Positions 52,710-64,000 of a stretch of DNA of 64,000 nt are shown piece by piece. Within the stretch, counting starts at the first letter, position 1. Each line of letters opens with the position of its first letter. The notes beneath the pieces are model-generated. The model was not told the origin of the DNA. It saw nothing but the letters and a program-made list of their open reading frames with translations, and ran no database searches. The DNA is from the human T2T-CHM13v2.0 reference genome, Homo sapiens. The stretch lies in assembly GCF_009914755.1 (NCBI RefSeq), contig NC_060927.1, one strand, 5' to 3'. The position numbers were made by a program, and so were the translations under genes.

Positions 52710-52930
52710 GAGATTAGCAAACATTTTCTGTAAACAACCAGAGAGCAAATATTTTAGGTTTTGTGGGTCATGTGGTCTCTGTCACAAGTACTCGACTCTG
52801 CTGTTGTAGTTCAAAAGCGGCCATAGAAGAAACATAATTGGATGAGTGAATGAATGAGTGAATGTGGCCACGTTCCAATAATACTTTGTTTACAGAAACA
52901 AGCAGCAGTTCATAGTTTACTAATGCCTGC
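52710..52930 (+). mobile_element. MER58A
   Basis: 'agcaaacattttctgtaaacaaccagagagcaaatattttaggttttgtgggtcatgtggtctctgtcacaagtactcgactctgc'. Confidence 0.85.
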
Positions 52931-53261
52931 TCTAAGATTTAACTTGCTCTCCTTTCCTCTTGTCACTTCTAGGAAACACAGCCCTGCTTTTCAGGTGAAA
53001 TTTTGCAACTATTCCTTAAAATTCTGCCAGTGGGAATCATCATTGATATAGCTGGCCTCAGTGAGTCAAGCACTTGTAGTCAGATTGGACCTATCATAAT
53101 ATCTTGGTATCTTATATTTCTGTATGCTTTTTTATTTTTGAAAGGTAATCACATGTATTACTTCACACTTAGGTCCTCATTCTCTCCTGTCACTGGGGGA
53201 AAATAGCATAGTTGAGTGGCTAAAAAAGATTATGGACTTCTGGAGTCAGACTAGCAAGGCC

Positions 53262-53975
53262 TATGTTGGTCAAGATAGGCTAGATATGCTGTGGTAAAAA
53301 AAAGTTAATAAATAAACTCACTTTACCAGGCGCAGTGGCTCTCACCTGTAATCCCAGCACTTTGGGAGGCCAAGGCAGGTGGATCATGAGTCAGGGTTTC
53401 GAGGCCAGCCTGGCCAACATGGTGAAATCCCGTCTCTACTAAAAATACAAAAATTAGCCAGGCATGGTGGTGGGTGCCTGCAATCCCAACTACTTGGGAG
53501 GCTGAGACAGAGAATTGTTTAAACCCGGGAGGCAGAGGTTGCAGTGAGCCAAGATCGTGTCACTGCACTCCATCCAGGGCAACGGAGCGAGACTCTGTCT
53601 CAAAAAATAAATAAATAAATAAGTAATAATAATAACTGACTTAGTTCCAACATAACAAACTTTTACTTCTTCCTTATGTTATACATCCAACACAGTCATC
53701 AGGGTAGGTGCCTCTGCTTCACACAATTATTTGGGGACCCAAGCTAATGGAGGCTCCACCATGTGGACTATCCCCCCAGGCGCTGCAGTAAGAGAAGAGA
53801 AAAAGTAGAAACTTTGCCTATGCTCTTCTAATTTCAGCCCAGTAGTGACATACATTATTTCTCTGTATAGCCCATTGCCCATAAGTAGTCATATGGCCAC
53901 AACTAACTGCAAGGGACTCTGGGAGATAACTGAAAGCATATGGAATGTTTAATAAGCACCCCAGTTTCTGTCACA
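53262..53975 (-). mobile_element. MaLR LTR (MLT1I/J-like), interrupted by Alu
   Basis: 'caagataggctagatatgctgtggtaa' ... 'cccattgcccataagtagtcatatggccacaactaactgcaaggga...tttctgtcaca'. Confidence 0.7.
53324..53625 (+). mobile_element. AluS (Sg/Sc-like)
   Basis: Full dimer with (AAAT)n tail; degenerate TSD AACTCACTT/AACTGACTT. Confidence 0.93.
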
Positions 53976-55021
53976 CATGACCTTACCAGTGAGTTGCTTT
54001 GTGACCTTGGACAAAGTATTGAAATATTCTGTTCTTCAATTTTCCCTATGGTAAGGCAAGAATAACAATAGCCTCTGACTCAAGTATCTGGTAATAAGAT
54101 TTGATAACATGCATTTAAATCACAGTGTCAGGCACTTAGCAAGCATTCAGTAAAATTTAGCCATTAATTTTATTATTACCAACTAAATGATTGTGAGGAA
54201 AATGCTTTATCCCTCTGGGTCTATGTTCCTTCATTTGCAAATCAGGTATGCTAATAATGCTGTTTAAGATAGCTATTAGATAAAATGGCACAATACACTT
54301 AAAAAATCCTAGCACCATGCCTGACATACAATACACATTTAATAAAGGTTATTTTCCCTTAATGTATTGCAATCGTGAATTGATAATTCTTTTGAGTTCC
54401 GTTTGAAAAGGACTATTTGTGAGCCTAACGGACTGCAGTGATATTTAAGATGTTGAGCAACAGAAACCCAAAAATACAATATTTCAAAACAGAAGTGATT
54501 TTCAAGATTCTCAATTGTCCAGAGGCAGCTTATCACTCAGAGATGTAGTATTGTGTAGTGTGCTCTATTGCTCTTTCCACAACCTAGTTATGCTTGGAAC
54601 TACATTTCCCAGAATCTTTTTTCTTATGTGGTCTGGGATAGAGTTGCCAAAAGTGAAGTTGGATGAGTTTGGGACGTGGAAGTGAAGTGGCAGTCATAAT
54701 GATCTGAAGTTCCATGTTGGTAGGGGACGTTGAGGTACAGACACTGAGATGCAAGTGGGCTTCGATTTATCCTTGATCTTCCCTGCTATAGGGAAGCAGC
54801 TTCCCTTTCCTACTGCAAGTCATGATGAGCTGTGGTGAGCCCCAGCCTGTTATCACTGTGAACTCACAAGGCGCTGGTCACAGAAAGCAGACAGCCTCCG
54901 TGAACTTCATCAGCTTCCTCTGTGGTTCCAGGTCAACAGAGAGATGGGTTTAGTAGCTTCCAGGTTTCCCTGAAAGCTTGGACTCAGTCACCCACTCCAG
55001 GGCTGGATAGTGACCTGTTAA

Positions 55022-55326
<305 letters not shown>

Positions 55327-55391
55327 TTCATGTGTTAAAGTCTTAAACCCCAGTACCTCAGAATGTGACTGTATTTGGAGATAGTGTTTTT

Positions 55392-55545
55392 CTTTGTCTT
55401 CTTTTATTTATTTATTTTCCTTGGTAGAGACAGGGTCTTGCTTGCTAGTGCCCAGGCTGGTCTTGAACTCCTATCTCCTAGCAATCCTCCCACTTCAGCC
55501 TCACAAAGTACTGGGATTACAGGGATGAACCATCATGCCTGGCTC
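55392..55545 (-). mobile_element. FLAM / left Alu monomer
   Basis: 15-bp TSD GGAGATAGTGTTTTT (55377-55391 / 55548-55562). Confidence 0.88.
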
Positions 55546-55968
55546 AAGGAGATAGTGTTTTTAAAGATAATTAAGGTAAGTTGATGTCATGGCTTGAGCC
55601 CTATGACTCAACTGTAAGGACATGTGACTGGTCTCCTTATAAGAAGAGGAGATTAAAACACAGACACGCACAGAAGGAGAGATACATGCAAACATCAGAG
55701 GAAAACAGCTATCTACAAGCCAAGGAGAAAGGCCTTAGAAGAAGATATCAGCCCTGCTGACACCTTGATCTTTAGACTTCTATCCACTAGAATTGTGAGA
55801 AAACTAATTTCTGTTGTTGAAATCACTAGTCTGTGGTACTTGGTTATGGCAGCCCTCGCAGACTAATACATGTCCTTTCTCCAGTCCTTTGACTTTTATT
55901 TGTGACCTTTACTTTTCCAGCTGTTCCCACAACTGGGTAAGTTCTAAGTCTTATAATAAACCCCTTAT

Positions 55969-56844
55969 GACCTTAAACAAGAAAAAACACCAAACAATCC
56001 AATTAAAAAGTGGGCAAAGGACATGAACAGACACTTCTGAAAAGAAGATATACATGCAGCCAACAAGCATACGACAAAAAGCTCAACATCACTGATCATT
56101 AGAGAAATGCAAATCTAAACCACAATGAGATACCATCTCACACCAGTCAGCATGGCTATTATTAAAAAGTCAAAAAATAACAGATGCCAGTGAGGTTGTA
56201 AAGAAAAAGGAATGCTTGTACACTGTTAGTGGGAGTATAAATTAGTTCAACCATTGTGGAAGACAGTGTGGTGATTCTTTAAAGACAGAAATACTGTTGA
56301 CTCAGCCATCCCATTACTGTGTTTATACCCAAAAGAATATAAATCGTTCTATTATGAAGACACATGCATTTGTATGTTCATTACAGCACTATTCACAATA
56401 GCAAAGACATGGGATCAACCCAAATGCCCATCAATGATAGACTGGATAAAGAAAATGTGGTACATATACACCATGGAATACTATGCAGCCATAAAAAAAT
56501 GAGATCTTGTCCTTTGTCCACGGATGGAGCTAGAGGCCATTATCCATAGCAAACTAAAGTAGGAACAGAAAAATAAATACCACATGTTCTCACTTATAAA
56601 TGGGAGCTAAATTATGAGATCACAAGGACACATAGAGGGGAACAACACACACCGGGGCCTATCAAAAGTTGGAGGGTGGGAGCAGGGAAAGGATCAGGAA
56701 AAATAACTAATGGATCTAAACTTAAGAGCTGGGTGGAATAATCAGTACAGCAAACTCCCATGACACACATTTACCTATGTAACAAACCTGCACATCCTGC
56801 ACATGTACTCCTGAACTTAAAAGTTAAAATGAAAAACATAAATA
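55969..56844 (+). mobile_element. L1PA (about PA12-14) 3' end
   Basis: ORF2 C-terminus plus 3'UTR 'ggatcaggaaaaataactaatgg'; TSD AATAAACCCCTTAT / AATAAACCTCTTAT. Confidence 0.92.
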
Positions 56845-56909
56845 AATAAACCTCTTATAATACTCATGGTGGTTCTGCTTCCCAGATTGAACCCAGACTG
56901 ACACACACA

Positions 56910-57150
56910 GCAATTAAAAACATAGACTCTGGGGCCAGCTTGTTGAGGCAGAAGTCCACTCTCCGATGTTACTTTCTGTGTGATTTTTTTTGGGCTGTTA
57001 CTTAACTTCTGTATGTCTCAATTGCCTTATATAAAAAATGGGATAATAATCTTACCTAACTAGAAGAGTACTATAAGTAAAACATTCAGTACATTGCCTA
57101 GCACATAGATAACACTCAGTTTGTGTTCATTATGATCATATTATGATGAT
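56910..57150 (+). mobile_element. MIR
   Basis: 'catagactctggggccagc...gttacttaacttctgtatgtctcaattgccttatataaaaaatgggataataat'. Confidence 0.75.
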
Positions 57151-57406
57151 GATTATTATTTGCTTCCTATTTAAGAATTAAAACACTAACTGATGAGGTT
57201 CTCTTCCCCTGACCTGGTTTATTACATACATGTCTATGTTCTCTTTTAGAATGTAAATATCTTGAGGACTGTTATCATAATTGATTTATCTTTGCTTTGT
57301 TCCACATGAAACTTCCCTTCTCATCTAGCAGGAAGACATGACTGGCTCAGATGGAATGTTGAAGTGAGAATTTGGATTCCATTTGGGCCAAGGAAGGTTT
57401 AAGGTC

Positions 57407-58248
<842 letters not shown>

Positions 58249-58289
58249 CCATCCAAAAGATTCCTCGAAGTTTACCTTGTTTCATCAAC

Positions 58290-58520
58290 AACAATGATAA
58301 TAATCACTTGTATTATCTATTAAGTACTAACTACCTGTCAGATGGTGTGCTGAGCACTTTGAAAGTGTTATTTAATCCTCATAACCATCTTATTTGATGA
58401 ATAGTTTAATTAGGTTTGTACTATTATCAATCTCATTTTCAAATAAATAAACTGGGGCTTACAAAAAGCAACGAACTTGCTCAAAGTTGACAAGCTAGAT
58501 GGTGATACAGCTAAGACTCA
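58290..58520 (-). mobile_element. MIR
   Basis: 'tattaagtactaactacctgtcagatggtgtgctgagcacttt...tatttaatcctcataacc'. Confidence 0.7.
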
Positions 58521-59282
58521 CCCCACATCCTCAGACACCACACCCAGTTTTGGGTGTCACTGACAGCCTATTATGCCTCTTTGGCACAGCTCTCCAAGAT
58601 CTTATATATGATATTAGTTTCCTGAAAACTCAGAGCGCAAAGCCCTTGTGCTGCAAATACTTTCCTGCTTGCCCTTTCTGACATTGATGGGGCATGCACT
58701 TGAGCTTCCTACAGCTTCCTGGGTGCAGTCTTCCTGGAAGATGCCAGGGCACCTAACTAGCCACAAACGTACATTGTTAACATGCTCCCAGGTCACTGCA
58801 ATTGAAGTTCTCACAATTCCTTCCTCATCATTACACTCTAATTTCCCTCCTGACTTCCTTATTGCTCTACTGGGGGAGGAGAATGGAGGGATTGCTTTAA
58901 TAGCAATTTTACACTTCATTCTAAAAACCTGTCCTGTGCTTCAGTGAAGAATATATGGAAGAAAATCATCAGTTCAGAAGATTATAGATCTGATAAGAAC
59001 AAGTTGCTTTTGGTTTTTATAGCTATTTATTTTCCATTTGAGTCCTTCTATATATAAGCACTGAGTCTGTTTTGGACTTCTTGCTGGTGTCATTGTTGCT
59101 TGACTATGGGGGGGATAATTTCATTTCACTTATAGGATAAGCCAGCTCTTTCCTGTTAGTAAAATTCCTTGACCATAAGCATCTAATTAATCAAGACATG
59201 TTCTCACAGCATGTTGCTCTAAGTCCTAGTGTATGCAGTGTAGAAGAGACCTTTTAAGACTTTTATCCTCTTAATATCTAGG

Positions 59283-59626
59283 TGTATTAGTCCGTTTTCA
59301 TGCTGCTGATAAAGACATACCCAAGACTGGCCAATTTACAGAAGAAGAGGTTTATTGGACTTACAGTTCCACATGGTTGGGGAGGCCTCACAAATCATAG
59401 TGGAAGGCAAAAGGCACATCTCACATGGTGGCAGACAAGAGAAGGAAGCTTGTGCAGGGAAACTCCCCCTTATAGAACCATCAGACCTTGTGAGACTCAT
59501 TCACTATCATGAGAACAACACAGGAAAGACCTGTCCCCATGATTCAATTACCTCCCACTGGGTCCCTCTGACAACATGTGGGAATTCAAGATGAGATTTG
59601 GCTAGGGACACAGCCAAATTGTATCA
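59283..59626 (-). mobile_element. MaLR solo LTR, THE1B/C
   Basis: 'tgtattagtccgttttcatgctgctgataaagacatacc...cagccaaattgtatca'; TSD CTAGG/CTAAG. Confidence 0.92.
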
Positions 59627-59649
59627 CTAAGGGACCAACAAATCTTTAT

Positions 59650-60250
59650 TGTTTTCTTTGTAATTATAAATATAATACAAAGTTGGTTGGCATACAACTA
59701 TTTCATAAACACAATACACAAAATAAAAGTTCCCCAAATCTTGTACCCTAGAGATAATCATTGTTTACAATTTAGAGCATAAATATTCAACTCTGTTTCC
59801 CCACATGGGCTAAAATAATTAATTTCCATTTTCTTCTTCAAAAAACAAAATCAATGTCGTATTATATATACTGCTTCTCCCTTATGGTTTTCTTTCTGTT
59901 AGCACTATTTCTCAGAACTATTACATCTTGGAAAGCCATTTCTACCATCAGTGTATATAGATGCTAATGCTTTTGAATAGTTTCTGATATACTATAACAT
60001 GTTCACTTATTCCCATACTGAAGGATTTTGGGGTTGTGTTCTTTTTTCAGTGACAATCTATGCTGAAATGACCAGTCTTGTACATATGTCTTGCACAGTA
60101 TTTCTGGAGGATGAATTTCTATAAGGGGAGATTTTCAGACAAGATTTGCTAGCTGTACCACTTTACACTCCCACCAACAATACCTGAAGTGGCCTGTTCC
60201 TCCATACCCTCACAAACATTGGATGTTATCTTTTCTTCTTTCATCTTTGT
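59650..60250 (-). mobile_element. Old L1 (L1ME-type) 3' fragment
   Basis: 'ctgtaccactttacactcccaccaacaat...ccataccctcacaaacattgg'. Confidence 0.55.
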
Positions 60251-60969
60251 GCTATGCCTAACTCATATTATAATTAACACTGGTGAGAATAGCAATAGAT
60301 TCCTTTTCCCCTTTACAGGTGATTGAAAAGGAAATTCCCTAAGTGATAAATAGGAAATTTGTCTGCCCAGGAGTAATTAGCATTTATATAGCTCCTCATT
60401 CTCAGAACTAATTCAGTGTTAACTAACTCACATTTATACACAAACAGAAATTTGACATTGGGGAGAATTTTTCAGGCCCTTCTGGGGAGTTTATGCTCTG
60501 CTGTTCTTGACTTAGTCTGGTGACCTTGAACTGGTGATTTCCCTTAAGATACATCAGTTTTTTGGTGTTTAAGAATCACTTGAGAGGACTCAGAAAAAAA
60601 AGCAGATTTCCACTCCTTCTATTTTCTATTTTGTTTCAAGAGGTCCTAGGTGGGTCATTTTTCATGTCTTTTGGACTTCAGACACGGAAAGTTTAATCCT
60701 ACCCCTAAATTTGGCACACCGACATTGTTACTCCATGCAAAGCCACTTTCTTGTTTTATTCGGTGATTCCCCTTCATTCCCACTGCCAATTTCAACTCTC
60801 CTCCCTCCTATACACAACCATTTGAATGTATTGGATATATATTCTAGAATTTTAAGGTATCTTTGGAAAATAGTTGTTGTGGCTTTATATGAATTTATAT
60901 ATATATACACATATATAAAATAACATATGTAATATATGTGTACCATAAGAAAAGAATATATATATCACA

Positions 60970-61287
60970 TAGTCATCCCTCCATATCCATAGATTTTGCA
61001 TTCATGGATTCAATCAACTGCAGATTAAAAATATTCAGGAAAAAATCCACAAGTTCCAAAGAGCAAAACTTGAATTTGCTGCATGTTGAGTACTACATTG
61101 AGTTCACATACACGAAGTGATGTGTAGGTATTGTATTAGGTAATCTAGACATAAAAGTACACAAGAGGATGTGCATGGTCATATGCAAATACTACACCAT
61201 TTAACATAAGGTATTTGCATACCTTCAAAGTTTGGTAACCTCAGGAGGTCCTGAATCCAATCCCCTAAGGATACTGAGGGACAACTG
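60970..61287 (+). mobile_element. MER2B (TcMar-Tigger)
   Basis: TIRs 'agtcatccctccatatcc' / 'ggatactgagggacaactg' followed by TA; internal 'caagttccaaagagcaaaacttgaatttgc'. Confidence 0.85.
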
Positions 61288-61609
61288 TATATATAAATTA
61301 AATTCTGGTATAAATTTTTCTGTTTCTTACTTTTTTCTCTTAACACTCTATTTTTAAGAGCTACCCAGATTGCTGAGAGTGCATCCCACAGAATTTGTGG
61401 CTTCTAACTGCTGCTTAGTATATCTTAGTATATTTCCATCACCCTTTATGTATGCATTCCCCTGGTGATAGAAAAGTACAGTAGGTTGTGTTCAACTCTA
61501 CCTCCTGCTACTACAAACAAGGCTGCAATGAACAACTGTATACATGTCTTGAATGAGAATTTCTCTGGGGTTTATGCCCCAGGGGGTTGATTGTTAGGAT
61601 CAGGTAGTT

Positions 61610-63230
61610 ACTTTTTTAGCTTCTTATAATGACAGTTTTTAAAAATACACCAAAGTAGGAAAAATTGTATAATGAACACCATAATCCATCTGCCAAATTT
61701 AAAAATTATCAATATTTTGCTCTACTTCAGTTCTCCTTCCCTTCTTTTGTTGTAGCTTTTAAGAAAAATTTCTGACGGCATGCCATGTTACTACAAATAT
61801 TTGCATCTCTAATACATAAAGACATTTAAAAATATAACCTCAACACCAGTATCACACCTGACAAAGCCAACAATATTTCCTTGATATCATCTAATACCCA
61901 GTCCAGATTCAAATTTCTCTGACTATCTCAAAGGCAGCTTTTGTAGCTCATGTGTTCAAATCAGGCCCCAAATAAGGTGATATATTGTATTTGATTGTTA
62001 TGTTTCTTAAATCTCTTTTCCTATAAAGTATACCCTTCTCCTCCCCCTTCACACCACTGACTTTTTCAAGAAATAAGCGAAGCTGGTGGGATGCTTCACA
62101 TTCTAGATTTGTCTGGTTGTATCATCTATTAATTCGTCCCTCTGTCCCCTGTACTTCCTGTAAACTACAAGTTAGATCTAAAAACTTGACTAGATTCACA
62201 TTCAATGTTTTTCATAGTTGGTTCTATGCACTTCACATTGCATCTTATCAGGAGTCACATAAAGTCTGATGGTTCCACTTTTATGGGTGAAAATTTGATC
62301 AGCAAGTTCAGATCATAAAATCCTGATCTCTCTTTTGTGAAATACTTAATCTGCAAGTCTTCTAATGATTTTGGCACTATTTTTATTAAGAGTTGCAAGT
62401 GGTCATTTAAAAATTTTATCATTTCTTCTCTATTTTACTAGCAGGAGTTTTTTTCCATAAAACCAACTTTCCCATATTAACTAGGTTGATTATCCTGAAA
62501 TACAGTTCATATGGGCAGGCAAAATAAATTTTTTCTTTTCCTTTAATTATCAATTAGTAACAGAAGGTGTCATGATCCAGCTACCTTCAAGAACGACCAG
62601 AGGGTTTTTGGTCCAGTTTGTTTCATTTGTTTGTATTTTGATGCTCAAATTTTCTCATCTTTGGCTAATAAGATCCTTCAGTTTGGCTCCAACGTCCTTT
62701 GGACATGACTCTCCTAGCTTTTGATACCTTCCTTGATTTCTGGCTCATCAAGATAATCCACACTCATCTTGTCCATTTCCCACCCCAAATACGAAATCAG
62801 CCATTTCTTCAAGTTCTATTTCATTTCTGTGAATAGTGGTATTTAGAAACCATCATCTGGGCTCCAGTGCTCAGTGTTACAAGATTGGTGTTGCTTCAAG
62901 GCCTTTTTAGAAGATGTAGTTAGGAAAAATGTTGTAAATGAGAAAAATAAAAGTTAACATTACAGTATTTTAATCTCTTTGATTTTATACCTTTCTCGTT
63001 TCTTTCACACTAACAATCCTGGTAGCCAACAACATTAACATAATGACTTATTTCATTTCCCATCCTATATACACAGAATAGTTTCAAAACAACTATGCCA
63101 ATATGGTTAATAACAGCAGTCCTGCAGAATTCTTTGCAGCTCTTTTTGTCCATAGAATAGATCCCATTAAGGATGTACAGACTAGAAAGTCTAATCTAAT
63201 GTCATGTGAAACATTTATGTTCATCTGTGA
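61610..63230 (-). mobile_element. L1MC4/5-like 3' end
   Basis: 'aaaaattgtataatgaacacc', 'catctaatacccagtccagattcaaatttc', 'aaatcagccatttcttcaag'. Confidence 0.7.
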
Positions 63231-63236
63231 TTATAT

Positions 63237-63459
63237 CAGGGGTTGACAATTTTTTTTCTGTAAAAACCCAGATGCCAAATATTGTAGGCTTTGCAGGTCA
63301 TCAGTCTCTGTGGCAACTACTGAGCTCTGCAATTGTTGCAGAGAAGCAGCCATAGATAATAAGGAAACCAAGGGGTATGACTGGGTTCCAGTAAAACTTT
63401 GTTTACAAAAATGGGCATCAGATCTGTTTGGTCCTACAGACTGTAATTTGCCAACTCTC
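63237..63459 (+). mobile_element. MER58A
   Basis: 'caggggttgacaattttttttctgtaaaaacccagatgccaaatattgtaggctttgcagg...taaaactttgtttacaaaaa'. Confidence 0.88.
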
Positions 63460-64000
63460 ATATTATGTCACCAATTTGATACACAATTAGGTATATTTGT
63501 TTTATTCGTTTTTGACATTTGGAGAACAAACTTTTGATTTTCCTTTATTCATGTATTTACTCATTTATCTTTACTTTTTTGTCATGTAAGGGTGAAGTTA
63601 TATAAGTTTCATGGGAAATTTTGATTTAGGTGACCTACAGACTAATTTTGAGAAATACTGCCCTAAAATGAAGGCAGAGCCCCAGACCTGGAGAACAATT
63701 ATAAACCTGGAGTCAATTGTCAGCTAAATACTGTCATTTGAAAGATATTAGAGAGGTGCTCATACCTCGAACCTAGTCTTAATATTCTTACTAGTTGTCA
63801 CTTTCTTCTATTATATCACCTATTACATTTGGTAAAATGCAAATAGTTCTTGAGTAACTATTTAGACATTATTAGCCATGATTTGTTTATCAATTTGCTG
63901 TAGAGATTTAGAGATGAGGCAAAACAGAGATGGAGGAGATTGGTGGAGGAAAGCAAGGGAGATGGATCCACAGGGGAACAACATGGAAGGCTGAGTACCT

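Larger units (their letters stand above)
53205..54180 (+). mobile_element. MIR split by MLT1 and Alu
   Basis: 5' part 'agcatagttgagtggctaa...tctggagtcagac'; 3' part 'gtgaccttggacaaagtattg...cagtgtcaggcacttagcaagcattcagtaaa'. Confidence 0.65.

Overview
This is AT-rich primate (human-like) non-coding DNA, intergenic or deep-intronic. It is dominated by interspersed repeats: Alu/FLAM, old and primate L1, L2, MIR, MaLR LTRs (THE1, MLT1), ERV1/ERVL LTRs (LTR8A, LTR16, LTR33, LTR52-like) and hAT/TcMar DNA-transposon relics (MER5A, MER45A, MER53, MER58A, MER81, MER94, MER97, MER2B). I find no supportable protein-coding gene, CpG island, tRNA or rRNA; the listed ORFs are chance ORFs or repeat fragments. 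Repeat family names come from recalled consensus sequences, so subfamily calls are tentative. The most notable structures are: (1) an 88-bp near-perfect direct duplication (87/88) 1,721 bp apart in otherwise ancient sequence; (2) a 33-nt U2 snRNA 5' fragment inserted in an LTR end; (3) multi-layer nested insertion stacks with intact TSDs; (4) deletion or chimera scars (Alu tail fused to THE1 internal sequence; an L1 lacking its RT region); (5) a perfect-Kozak 38-aa smORF behind a splice-acceptor-like site; and (6) an identical 18-mer containing an AP-1 site that occurs twice. I see no convincing evidence for a new biological system; the findings are leads only.
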